Positions 1 through 8,977 of a DNA stretch of 64,000 nt are shown piece by piece. This stretch comes from Pseudomonadaceae bacterium (GTDB taxonomy: Bacteria; Pseudomonadota; Gammaproteobacteria; Pseudomonadales; Pseudomonadaceae). The stretch spans positions 13,536-77,535 of the forward strand of contig JAYNRF010000017.1 of the NCBI GenBank assembly GCA_038114645.1, written 5' to 3'. Made by a program: the position numbers and the translations under genes. Numbering within the stretch: the stretch's first letter is position 1; each line of letters starts with the position of its first letter. The notes beneath the pieces are model-generated. The model worked only from the letters and a program-made list of their open reading frames with translations, had not been told where the DNA came from and did not search any database.

Positions 1-716
1 TCACCCCGGAAGGGGTAGATTGCCCGCATCTATATATCCTGCATCCGCCCGGCGGCCTGGTCAGTGGCGACAATCTGCGCCTGCAGGCCGACATGCAGCA
101 GGACGCCTGCGCGGTGCTCACCACGCCGTCTTCTGGCAAGTTCTACCGCTCCCGGGACAATGGCACGCTGCAGGTGCAGCACAACCGTTTTTCCCTTGCC
201 TCCGGCAGCAGCCTTGAATACCTGCCGCAGGACACCATCGCTTTTGAGGGTTGCAACGCGCGGATGATTACCCGCATTGACCTTGCTGCTGATGCCCGCT
301 GCGTCGCCTGGGATTTGCTCTGCCTCGGCCGCCCGGCCGCTGGAGAGGGCTTCAGCTATGGTCAGGTGGATCAGCGCCTCGACGTCTGGCGCGATGGTCG
401 CCCGATCTACATCGAACGTAACCAGTTTGTCGGCGGCGATCCGTTGCTCGAAGCCCACTGGGGCCTTGGTGGTTGTGGCGTCAGCGGTACCTGGCTGGCG
501 ACCGTGCAGCTGGATCGTCAGCAGATGGATGACCTGCGCGAGAGCCTGACCGACTGCCCTGAGCTGGCGCTGACTCAGCGCAACGGGCTGCTGATTGGCC
601 GTTATCTGGGCGTGCATGCCGAGCACGCACGCAACACCTTTATTCGTTTGTGGCGGCAGCTGCGTCCGTTGATCAACGGACGTGAGCCCTGTGCACCACG
701 CATCTGGAACACTTGA
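1..716 (+). CDS. ureD: urease accessory protein UreD, 5' end outside the window
   Basis: Frame 3 is open from the window edge (..HPPGGLVSGDNLRLQADMQ..) and runs into the 207-aa ORF ending at 716. The sequence is UreD-like and sits directly upstream of ureA. Confidence 0.85.
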   Translation, partial: TPEGVDCPHLYILHPPGGLVSGDNLRLQADMQQDACAVLTTPSSGKFYRSRDNGTLQVQHNRFSLASGSSLEYLPQDTIAFEGCNARMITRIDLAADARCVAWDLLCLGRPAAGEGFSYGQVDQRLDVWRDGRPIYIERNQFVGGDPLLEAHWGLGGCGVSGTWLATVQLDRQQMDDLRESLTDCPELALTQRNGLLIGRYLGVHAEHARNTFIRLWRQLRPLINGREPCAPRIWNT

Positions 717-731
717 GACGGAGCCCTCTTC

Positions 732-1034
732 ATGGAGCTGACACCCCGCGAGAAAGACAAGCTGCTGCTGTTCACCGCTGCGCTGCTGGCCGAGCGCCGG
801 CTGGCCCGTGGCGTCAAGCTGAACTACCCCGAGTCGATGGCCTATATCAGCGCCGCCATCATGGAAGGCGCACGTGACGGCCGCAGTGTGGCCGAGATGA
901 TGAGCTACGGCCGCACGCTGCTGACCCGCGAGCAGGTCATGCCGGGCGTACCGGAGCTGCTGGCCGAGGTGCAGATCGAAGCCACTTTCCCGGACGGCAC
1001 CAAGCTGGTCACCGTTCACAACCCGATTCCGTGA
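732..1034 (+). CDS. ureA: urease subunit gamma
   Basis: 100-aa [37 protein letters not shown].., canonical UreA sequence and size. Confidence 0.97.
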   Translation: MELTPREKDKLLLFTAALLAERRLARGVKLNYPESMAYISAAIMEGARDGRSVAEMMSYGRTLLTREQVMPGVPELLAEVQIEATFPDGTKLVTVHNPIP

Positions 1035-1044
1035 GGAGCCCAAC

Positions 1045-1350
1045 ATGATTCCAGGAGAAGTGCAGACCCGCCCCGGCGTGCTGCAACTGAACGAAGGCCG
1101 CGAAACGCTGGTGATCAGCGTTGCCAACGCGGGCGACCGCCCGGTGCAGGTTGGCTCCCACTATCACTTTGCCGAGACCAACCCGGCGCTGCAGTTTGAT
1201 CGTGACGCGGCACGCGGCTTTCGTCTCAACATCGCTGCCGGTACCGCGGTGCGCTTCGAGCCGGGCCAGAGCCGCGAGGTAGAACTGGTAGCGCTGGCGG
1301 GTGAGCGCAAGGTCTATGGCTTCCGTGGCGACGTCATGGGCAGTCTCTGA
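1045..1350 (+). CDS. ureB: urease subunit beta
   Basis: 101-aa [14 protein letters not shown].. starting 10 nt after ureA; UreB size and sequence. Confidence 0.97.
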   Translation: MIPGEVQTRPGVLQLNEGRETLVISVANAGDRPVQVGSHYHFAETNPALQFDRDAARGFRLNIAAGTAVRFEPGQSREVELVALAGERKVYGFRGDVMGSL

Positions 1351-1376
1351 AACCGGATTAGTGACAGGAGCATAAG

Positions 1377-3077
1377 ATGGAAATCAGCAGACAGGCCTAT
1401 GCGGAAATGTACGGCCCGACCACCGGCGACCGCGTCCGCCTCGGTGATACCGAGTTGTGGATCAGCGTCGAGAAGGATCTGACCCGCTACGGCGAAGAAG
1501 TGAAGTTCGGTGGTGGCAAGGTCATTCGTGATGGCATGGGCCAGAGCCAGCGCACCCGCGCCGAGACGCCGGACACCGTCATCACCAACGCCTTGATTGT
1601 GGATTGGTGGGGCGTGATCAAGGCCGATGTGGCGATCAAGGATGGCAACATCCAGGCCATCGGCAAGGCGGGCAACCCGGACATTCAGCCCGGTATCGAT
1701 ATCATCGTTGGCCCGAGCACCGAAGTCATCGCCGGTGAGGGCATGATCCTCACCGCTGGCGGTATCGACGCGCACATTCACTTCATCTGCCCGCAGCAGA
1801 TCGATGAGGCGCTGATGTCGGGCGTCACCACCATGATCGGTGGTGGCACCGGCCCGGCCACCGGCACCAACGCAACCACCTGTACGCCCGGTGCCTGGCA
1901 CATCGGCAAGATGCTGCAGTCGGCCGAATGCTTCCCGATGAACCTAGGCTTTCTCGGTAAGGGCAACGCGAGCCTGCCGGACCCGCTGGAGGAGCAGATT
2001 CAGGCCGGTGCCATGGGCATGAAACTGCACGAAGACTGGGGTACCACCCCGGCGGCCATCGACTGCTGCTTGAGCGTGGCCGATGCCTTCGACGTGCAGG
2101 TCGCGATCCACACCGACACCCTGAACGAATCGGGCTTTGTTGAAGATACCCTGGCGGCCATCAACGGTCGGGTGATTCACACCTACCACACCGAAGGTGC
2201 CGGTGGCGGTCACGCGCCAGACATCATTAAGGCCTGCGGCGAATCCAACGTGCTGCCGTCCTCGACCAACCCGACGCGGCCCTACACCATCAACACGGTC
2301 GACGAGCACCTCGACATGCTGATGGTCTGCCACCACCTTGATCCGGCCATTGCCGAAGACGTTGCCTTCGCCGACTCGCGCATTCGCCGCGAGACCATCG
2401 CCGCCGAAGACATCCTTCATGACCTGGGCGCCTTCTGCATGATCTCCTCCGACTCCCAGGCCATGGGCCGTGTCGGTGAAGTGATTACCCGCACCTGGCA
2501 GACCGCGCACAAGATGAAAGTGCAGCGCGGCCCGCTGGAAGGGGATGACGACTGGTCCGACAACGCGCGGGTCAAACGCTACATCGCCAAGTACACCATC
2601 AACCCGGCGATCACCATGGGCGTTGGTCATGTTGTCGGCTCGATTGAAGTTGGCAAGCTGGCGGACCTGGTGCTGTGGAAACCGGCCTTCTTTGGCACCA
2701 AGCCGAGCCTGATCCTCAAGGGCGGCGCCATTGCCGCTGCGCCCATGGGTGATCCGAATGCCTCCATCCCGACGCCTCAGCCGGTGCACTACCGGCCGAT
2801 GTTCGGTGCCTTCGGTCGCGGCATGGACACTACCTGCCTGACCTTCGTATCGCAGGCCGCGATTGATGGTGGCGTGGCGGAAAAGCTGGGCCTCAAGCGT
2901 CGCCTCGAAGCGGTGCGCAACACCCGCAACATCAGCAAGGCCGATATGAAACTGAACGACTATCAGCCGGACATCAGCGTCGATCCGCAGACCTACGTGG
3001 TCAAGGCCGACGGCGTTGAGCTGCTCTGTGAGCCGGCCGATGAGCTGCCGCTGGCGCAGCGTTATTACCTGTTTTAA
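1377..3077 (+). CDS. ureC: urease subunit alpha
   Basis: 566-aa ORF with urease alpha hallmarks ([20 protein letters not shown]). Confidence 0.98.
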   Translation: MEISRQAYAEMYGPTTGDRVRLGDTELWISVEKDLTRYGEEVKFGGGKVIRDGMGQSQRTRAETPDTVITNALIVDWWGVIKADVAIKDGNIQAIGKAGNPDIQPGIDIIVGPSTEVIAGEGMILTAGGIDAHIHFICPQQIDEALMSGVTTMIGGGTGPATGTNATTCTPGAWHIGKMLQSAECFPMNLGFLGKGNASLPDPLEEQIQAGAMGMKLHEDWGTTPAAIDCCLSVADAFDVQVAIHTDTLNESGFVEDTLAAINGRVIHTYHTEGAGGGHAPDIIKACGESNVLPSSTNPTRPYTINTVDEHLDMLMVCHHLDPAIAEDVAFADSRIRRETIAAEDILHDLGAFCMISSDSQAMGRVGEVITRTWQTAHKMKVQRGPLEGDDDWSDNARVKRYIAKYTINPAITMGVGHVVGSIEVGKLADLVLWKPAFFGTKPSLILKGGAIAAAPMGDPNASIPTPQPVHYRPMFGAFGRGMDTTCLTFVSQAAIDGGVAEKLGLKRRLEAVRNTRNISKADMKLNDYQPDISVDPQTYVVKADGVELLCEPADELPLAQRYYLF

Positions 3078-3087
3078 GGAGAGCACG

Positions 3088-3573
3088 ATGCTGGAATGTC
3101 ATGCCTGGCTGGAAGAGTCCGGCCCCCATGACCACATACTGGAATTGACCTACGAGCTGCGCACCCGCAGCCGCCTGCGCGCCAAGACGGTCGCCGGTGA
3201 GGATGTCGGTCTGTTCCTGCCCCGTGGCCGTGTGCTGGCGCAGGGCGATCGCCTGCAGTGCCTGGATGGCAGCGTGCTGATGATTGCCGCCGCGCCGGAA
3301 AAACTCTCGCGGGTGGTGTGTGACGACACCCTGAAACTGGCCCGCGCGGCCTACCACATGGGCAACCGCCACGTGGCACTGGAAGTACACGCCACCGAGT
3401 TGCGTTACCAGTGCGATCACGTGCTGGACGCCATGCTGGTCGGCTTCGGGCTGGAGGTCGAGCAGATCACCGCGCCGTTCAACCCGGAGAAGGGCGCGTA
3501 CCACAACCACAGTCACAGCGTCGCGACACCCGCTGCGCCGCTGCTGCGACTGGCAGGGCATGCCCATGACTGA
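3088..3573 (+). CDS. ureE: urease accessory metallochaperone UreE
   Basis: In-frame ATG at 3088 (MLECHAWLEE..) lies 10 nt after the ureC stop. The longer 185-aa track ORF would overlap ureC. His-containing tail (YHNHSHS..GHAHD). Confidence 0.9.
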   Translation: MLECHAWLEESGPHDHILELTYELRTRSRLRAKTVAGEDVGLFLPRGRVLAQGDRLQCLDGSVLMIAAAPEKLSRVVCDDTLKLARAAYHMGNRHVALEVHATELRYQCDHVLDAMLVGFGLEVEQITAPFNPEKGAYHNHSHSVATPAAPLLRLAGHAHD

Positions 3574-4255
3574 GCAGAACCCGGTCGCCGATCTGGCCCT
3601 GCTGCGCGTGCTGCAGTTGGCCAGCCCGGCGCTGCCGATTGGCGCCTACGCCTACTCGCAAGGGTTGGAGTACGCCATCGAGCAGAACTGGGTGAGCGAT
3701 ATCGACAGCGCCGCGCACTGGCTGGGCGGCTTGCTGGGTCACTCGCTGGCGAAGCTGGATATTCCGCTGTTGCTGCGTCAGTACGAGACGCTGGAGCGTG
3801 ACGACGAAGGCGCGCTGTTTTCCTGGAATGACTGGCTGCTGGCCAACCGGGAAACTGCAGAGCTTTATCTGGAAGACAGCCAGCAGGGCGGGGCGCTGCT
3901 GCGCCTGCTCAAGTCGCTGGCGGTACCGGCGGCGATGGAATGGCCGCAGGGCGAGCCGATTGCGCTGATGACCGCGTTGGCGATGGCCGGGCAGCACTGG
4001 CAGACCGGCGCGCGCCCACTGGCGCTAGGCGCACTCTGGAGCTGGCTGGAGAGCCAGACTGGCGCTGCCACCAAGCTGATCCCGCTTGGCCAGACCGATG
4101 CTCAGCGGTTGCTGGACCGCATGTTGCCCGATCTGCCAGCGGTGGTGGATACCGCCGCCACACTGTCCGCCGATGACCTCGGCGCAGGATTACCGGGCCT
4201 AGCCTTTGCCAGCGCCCGCCATGAACATCAATACACCCGATTGTTTCGATCATAA
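3560..4255 (+). CDS. ureF: urease accessory protein UreF
   Basis: 231-aa ORF, UreF-like (LQLASPALPIGAYAYSQGLEYAIE). Overlaps the ureE end by 14 nt. Confidence 0.9.
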   Translation: MPMTEQNPVADLALLRVLQLASPALPIGAYAYSQGLEYAIEQNWVSDIDSAAHWLGGLLGHSLAKLDIPLLLRQYETLERDDEGALFSWNDWLLANRETAELYLEDSQQGGALLRLLKSLAVPAAMEWPQGEPIALMTALAMAGQHWQTGARPLALGALWSWLESQTGAATKLIPLGQTDAQRLLDRMLPDLPAVVDTAATLSADDLGAGLPGLAFASARHEHQYTRLFRS

Positions 4256-4268
4256 GGAGCACTGACAC

Positions 4269-4913
4269 ATGACTTCCAGACCTGCACTGCGGGTAGGCAT
4301 CGGCGGACCGGTCGGGTCCGGCAAGACCGCGCTGGTTCGCACCCTCTGCGAGCGCCTGTATCCGCACTACAACCTGGGCGTAATCACCAACGACATCTAC
4401 ACCCGTGAAGACGCTGATTTTCTGCTGCGCCACCAGGCTCTGCCGGAAGACCGCATCCTTGGCGTAGAAACCGGCGGTTGCCCGCACACCGCGATTCGTG
4501 AAGACGCGTCCATGAACCTGGCGGCGGTTGCCGAGCTGCAGGAGCGCTTCCCGGACATGGAACTGGTGCTGGTAGAGAGCGGCGGCGATAACCTGGCCGC
4601 GACCTTCAGCCCTGAACTGTCGGATCTGACCCTCTACGTGATCGACGTTTCCGCCGGCGACAAGATTCCGCGCAAGGGCGGCCCGGGTATCACCCGTTCT
4701 GACCTGCTGATCATCAACAAGACCGATCTGGCCCCGCTGGTTGGCGCTGATCTGGGTGTCATGGACCGTGACGCCAAGAAGATGCGCGGCGAGCGTCCGT
4801 TCGTCTTCTCGAACCTCAAAAGCGGTCAGGGTGTGGACCAGATCATCGAATTCATCGTTCGTCAGGGCATGCTCAAAGCTCTGCCGGAAACTGCACAGCA
4901 ACAAGGAGCCTGA
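4269..4913 (+). CDS. ureG: urease accessory GTPase UreG
   Basis: 214-aa ORF with P-loop [11 protein letters not shown] and the typical UreG core ([15 protein letters not shown]). Confidence 0.97.
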   Translation: MTSRPALRVGIGGPVGSGKTALVRTLCERLYPHYNLGVITNDIYTREDADFLLRHQALPEDRILGVETGGCPHTAIREDASMNLAAVAELQERFPDMELVLVESGGDNLAATFSPELSDLTLYVIDVSAGDKIPRKGGPGITRSDLLIINKTDLAPLVGADLGVMDRDAKKMRGERPFVFSNLKSGQGVDQIIEFIVRQGMLKALPETAQQQGA

Positions 4914-4914
4914 C

Positions 4915-5502
4915 ATGACACAACTGAACAAACGCCTCGGCCTGATTGCCGCTCTGGCCCTGCTGCCGGGTCTGGCGCAGGCGCACCCCGGTCATGATGT
5001 CTCCGGTCTGGCGGCCGGTATCGGTCACCCGCTGATGGGGATGGATCACCTGCTGGCCATGGTGGCGGTTGGTCTGTGCGGCGCCAAGCTGGGTGGTGTC
5101 GCTCGCTGGTTGCTGCCGCTGCTGTTCGTCTCGGTAATGCTGCTTGGTGGCGCGCTGGCAATGGCCGGTGTTCACCTGCCCGGCGTTGAGATGGGTATCG
5201 TCGGTTCGGTCATCGTGCTGGGTGCGCTGCTGGTGGTTGCCCAGCGTGGCCAGACTGCACCGGTGGCGTTGCTGGTTGCCGGTTTTGCCCTGTTCCACGG
5301 TCACGCGCACGGTGCTGAAATGCCTGCTGCTGCAGGTGCGCTGAGCTACGCGCTGGGCTTCGCTGTCGCTACCGCAGGATTGCACGCAGCCGGTCTGTTT
5401 GGCGGCCTGTGGCTGCAGGAGCGCAAGGCCGCTCGCGTTGTCATGGGCGCTCTGGGTGCACTGATCAGCCTGGCTGGCGTCGGCATGGCTGTCGGCATGT
5501 AA
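4915..5502 (+). CDS. hupE: HupE/UreJ family nickel transporter
   Basis: ATG at 4915, 1 nt after the ureG stop. Signal peptide ..LPGLAQA followed by HPGHD, then multiple TM helices. The 253-aa track ORF is an upstream extension inside ureG. Confidence 0.85.
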   Translation: MTQLNKRLGLIAALALLPGLAQAHPGHDVSGLAAGIGHPLMGMDHLLAMVAVGLCGAKLGGVARWLLPLLFVSVMLLGGALAMAGVHLPGVEMGIVGSVIVLGALLVVAQRGQTAPVALLVAGFALFHGHAHGAEMPAAAGALSYALGFAVATAGLHAAGLFGGLWLQERKAARVVMGALGALISLAGVGMAVGM

Positions 5503-5508
5503 TGCTCG

Positions 5509-5540
5509 GCAGTACCGGCGGGGCTGCTCGCCGGTACTGC
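5509..5540 (+). terminator. stem-loop after the urease/hupE operon
   Basis: Perfect 12-bp stem GCAGTACCGGCG / CGCCGGTACTGC with an 8-nt loop, 7 nt after the hupE stop. Only a weak T-rich tail follows. Confidence 0.6.
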
Positions 5541-5662
5541 GATCTGTTTCGCAACCCTGTAGTTCCTTCCTGAGCTTCTCCCTCCCGAGTGCAATACCGC
5601 GTCGCGCTCAACGTCCATCGCGTTTAGACTGAACTCCGGCCAATAGATCACGGAGTTGCAGG

Positions 5663-7009
5663 ATGCGCAGATTCAGGCAGTTCGCGCTCTTTATTCGCAC
5701 CAATTTCTGGATTGTTCCACTGGCGCTGCTGCTGTGCTGGCTGCTCGTTCGCTATCTTGACCCCGCGCCCCCGCGTCACCTGGTTATGACAACTGGCAGC
5801 GAGGCCGGCGGCTATCACCAGTTTGGCCTGTCGTTGCAGCGCGAGCTGAAAGCGCAGGGGCTGGATCTGGAGCTGCGCACCAGTCGCGGCTCGCTGGATA
5901 ATCTTGATCGCCTCACCGACGGTTCCGGAGATGTGCAGCTTGGCCTGATCCAGAGCGGCACGGAGAAGTTGCTGCCCGCGGACAAGCGTCAGCAACTGCT
6001 CGGTCTGGCTGCGTTGTATCACGAGCCGCTGTGGCTGTTTCAGCGCAAGGGCAGTGACATCCAGACGCTCGCTGATTTGAATGACAAGCGCGTGTCGGTT
6101 GGTAGCGAGGGCAGCGGCACCTGGGCTGTAGTGCATGGATTGTTTGAACAGCAGCAGGATGCTGCGCGGCTTGATGAGCTGAACGGCGGGTTGTGGGTAC
6201 AGCAAGGCGCCAGTGCCGCCGCCGCTGCGCTGCTGGCCGGTGACCTTGATGCGGCGTTCTTCGTGCTGCCGGTCAATAACCGGGTCATCGTTCGGCTACT
6301 GGCTGATCCCGGCGTTGTGCTGGTCAATGCGCAGCAGGCGCATGCGTTTGCTGCGCGGATGCGCTATGTGGACGAACTGAAGATCACTCAAGGTTTGCTC
6401 AGCATTCCACTCAATCTGCCGCCGCGTGATCTGACTCTGCTGGCGCCGGTCGCCACACTGGTTGCCAACCAGAGTTTTCATCCGGCGCTGGCCGCCCAGG
6501 TGCTGGAAGCCACGCGCAAGGTGCTGCGCGACGGCAACCTGCTTGATCCACCGGGCACCTTTCCGGCGTCCAAGCCAATGGCGCTGGAGCTGAGTCCGGA
6601 GGCGGAGTACTACCACCGGCAGGGCATGCCGGTGTTGCAGCGTTATCTGCCGTTCCAGCTGGCGTCCATGATCGACCGCTATGTCGTACTCGTGATTCCT
6701 TTTCTGGCCATCATGTTTCCGCTGCTGCGCAGCATGGGGCCCATCTATCGCTGGCGTGTGCGGGCGCGGGTTTACCGCTGGTACGAGCACCTGCGCCGGG
6801 TGGACCGGCTGATCTACTCGGGCCGAATCAAAGGGCAATACGGCGAGCAAATTGACAAGCTGCGGCAGCTCGAAAGTGAACTCAATCATGTGGATGTGCC
6901 GCTGTCGTACGCGCACGAGTTGTACAGCCTCCATCTGCATGTGCGGTTCATGATTTATCGCCTCGGCCTGTTGCAGGACGAAGAAAACAACGAGCCAGAC
7001 AGCGCGTGA
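5663..7009 (+). CDS. TAXI-family (TRAP-type) solute-binding-like protein with N- and C-terminal membrane segments
   Basis: 448-aa ORF. N-terminal TM ([15 protein letters not shown]), a TAXI-like core (MTTGSEAGGYHQFG..), and a C-terminal hydrophobic helix (YVVLVIPFLAIMFPLL) plus a charged tail. Family assigned from memory. Confidence 0.7.
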   Translation: MRRFRQFALFIRTNFWIVPLALLLCWLLVRYLDPAPPRHLVMTTGSEAGGYHQFGLSLQRELKAQGLDLELRTSRGSLDNLDRLTDGSGDVQLGLIQSGTEKLLPADKRQQLLGLAALYHEPLWLFQRKGSDIQTLADLNDKRVSVGSEGSGTWAVVHGLFEQQQDAARLDELNGGLWVQQGASAAAAALLAGDLDAAFFVLPVNNRVIVRLLADPGVVLVNAQQAHAFAARMRYVDELKITQGLLSIPLNLPPRDLTLLAPVATLVANQSFHPALAAQVLEATRKVLRDGNLLDPPGTFPASKPMALELSPEAEYYHRQGMPVLQRYLPFQLASMIDRYVVLVIPFLAIMFPLLRSMGPIYRWRVRARVYRWYEHLRRVDRLIYSGRIKGQYGEQIDKLRQLESELNHVDVPLSYAHELYSLHLHVRFMIYRLGLLQDEENNEPDSA

Positions 7010-7088
7010 AGCTGTTACAAGCGATTGCCTGGCGCTGTTGCTGCGTCATCACAGCGCTTAGCATGGGTTAGCGGATAACGAGGTAGAC

Positions 7089-8006
7089 ATGAAGGACGTA
7101 TTGCAGCGCGCGCAGGCCGCGATGGATCAGGTATTGCTTGGCAAGCCGCAGGCCACCAAGCTGGCGCTGACCTGTATTTTGGCGCGCGGACACCTGCTGA
7201 TCGAAGACCTGCCGGGGATGGGTAAGACCACCCTGTCGCAGGGGTTGGCCAAGGTGCTGGGGTTGAGTTACCAGCGCATCCAGTTCACCAGCGATCTGTT
7301 GCCGGGCGATATTCTCGGTACCTCGGTATTTGATCGCAACACGGCGCAATTCGTGTTCCACCCGGGGCCGATTTTTGCCGAGTTGGTGCTGGCTGACGAG
7401 ATCAATCGCGCAACCCCGAAGAGCCAGAGCGCGCTGCTTGAGGCGATGGAAGAGGGGCAGGTAACGGTTGACGGGGCAACCCGCCCGTTGCCGGATCCGT
7501 TCTTCGTCATTGCCACCCAGAACCCGGTTTCCCAGGCCGGTACCTTTGCCTTGCCTGAGTCCCAGTTGGACCGCTTCCTGATGCGGTTGTCGTTGGGTTA
7601 TCCGAGTGAAGCAGCGGAGAAGAGCTTGCTGCTGGGGAGTGAACGGCGTACGCGGCTGGAGCACATTGAAACGGTGCTCGACCGCGAGCAGCTCTGCGCC
7701 CTGCAGGCGTTGGTGCCGCAGGTGACGGCCAGCGAAGCGCTGGTCGACTACATCCTGCGGCTGGTCAATCACACCCGCAACAGCGACGCCTGTGCCTGGG
7801 GGCTGTCGCCGCGTGCCAGCCTAGGCCTGCTGGCGGCGGCGCGGGCCTGGGCGCTGCTGGAGCAGCGCAACTATGTGATCCCGGAAGACGTGCAGGCGGT
7901 ATTGCCATCTGTAGTCAGTCACCGGCTGCGTGCGACCCACGATCCGGCTGGTCATGGCGGCGACAGTCTCGCCCGCTGGCTGCTGGCCGAGGTGTCGCCG
8001 GTGTGA
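7089..8006 (+). CDS. MoxR-like AAA+ ATPase
   Basis: 305-aa ORF with Walker A (LPGMGKTTL) and Walker B (LADEINRA); typical MoxR length. Confidence 0.9.
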   Translation: MKDVLQRAQAAMDQVLLGKPQATKLALTCILARGHLLIEDLPGMGKTTLSQGLAKVLGLSYQRIQFTSDLLPGDILGTSVFDRNTAQFVFHPGPIFAELVLADEINRATPKSQSALLEAMEEGQVTVDGATRPLPDPFFVIATQNPVSQAGTFALPESQLDRFLMRLSLGYPSEAAEKSLLLGSERRTRLEHIETVLDREQLCALQALVPQVTASEALVDYILRLVNHTRNSDACAWGLSPRASLGLLAAARAWALLEQRNYVIPEDVQAVLPSVVSHRLRATHDPAGHGGDSLARWLLAEVSPV

Positions 8007-8977
8007 GTGAGGGTTTGCGCAGTCGCTTGCGCCAGTGGCATCGGGGCTGGCTACGCCGCCGTATTCCTCCGGCGCGCCAGATGCGTCTGGATCATCGGCG
8101 TATTTTCATCATCCCCAGCCGTGCGGGTGGCGCCTTTTTGCTGCTGCTGACGATCATGCTGGTAGGTGCGATCAACTACCAGAACAGTCTGGTTTACGCG
8201 CTGACCTTCGCATTGTTGAGCCTGTTCTGGGTTGCCCTGCATCACACCTATCGCAACCTCGCCGGGGTGGAACTCAAGGCAACGGGAGGACGCGCCGTAT
8301 TTGCCGGTGAGCAGGCGCCGCTGGGCATGGTGCTGGCCAGTCAGCGGCGTGAGCATCAGGCGCTGCGCTTGAGCTGGCCGCAGGTGGTGACCCATACCGT
8401 TGATGTGCCGGCGGGTGGCGAGCAAGCGTTGACGCTGTATCACCCGACCAAGCGTCGTGGTTGGCTGGCGCTTGAGCGCCTGCGCATCGAAACCCGCTTT
8501 CCCCTCGGCTGGTTTCAGGCCTGGAGCCTGATTGATCTGGACTGGCAGGTGCTGGTGTACCCCAAGCCGATCCAGCGTGCATTGCCGCGAGGCAGTGCGC
8601 CTGATGGTGCCGAGCACGAGCAGGATCACGCGCTGGTTGAAGGTGTGGACGACTTTCAGGGGCTGCGTGCCTACCAGCCGGGAGATTCGCGCAAGCGTCT
8701 GGACTGGCGGGCCTGGTCGCGCGGGCAGGGGCTGCACAGCAAGGTGTTTGCCGAGCCGCAGCAGCAAAGCCTGTGGCTCGATCTGGCCAGTGCGCCCGGT
8801 CGGGACCTTGAAGAGCGCTTGGGTGTGATGACCGGCTGGGTACTGGCGCTGGAGAGTGCCCAGCGCCCCTACGGTCTGATTCTGCCCGACCAGCGGATCG
8901 AGCCCGCTCAGGGGGAAGGGCAGCGGGAGCGTTGCCTGCGGGCGTTGGCATTATTCGGGCTGGAGGGTGAGCGATGA
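8003..8977 (+). CDS. DUF58 domain protein (MoxR partner)
   Basis: 324-aa ORF, GTG start overlapping the moxR stop by 4 nt. Two N-terminal TM helices and the DUF58-type motif FQGLRAYQPGDSRKRLDWRA. Confidence 0.85.
   Translation: MSEGLRSRLRQWHRGWLRRRIPPARQMRLDHRRIFIIPSRAGGAFLLLLTIMLVGAINYQNSLVYALTFALLSLFWVALHHTYRNLAGVELKATGGRAVFAGEQAPLGMVLASQRREHQALRLSWPQVVTHTVDVPAGGEQALTLYHPTKRRGWLALERLRIETRFPLGWFQAWSLIDLDWQVLVYPKPIQRALPRGSAPDGAEHEQDHALVEGVDDFQGLRAYQPGDSRKRLDWRAWSRGQGLHSKVFAEPQQQSLWLDLASAPGRDLEERLGVMTGWVLALESAQRPYGLILPDQRIEPAQGEGQRERCLRALALFGLEGER

Noticed and set aside
4741-4914. N-terminal extensions of track ORFs. They are 4741 for hupE, 3016 for ureE, 10730 for the DUF3429-like gene, 31328 for EamA, 31356 for AraC, 37871 for fabA, 44865 for gpsA, 50076 for the secreted protein, 57724 and 29332.
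   Set aside because: The extensions overlap the preceding gene or intergenic DNA and are Arg/Cys/Ser-rich nonsense. Each contains an internal ATG with a better Shine-Dalgarno that yields a canonical N-terminus or signal peptide.
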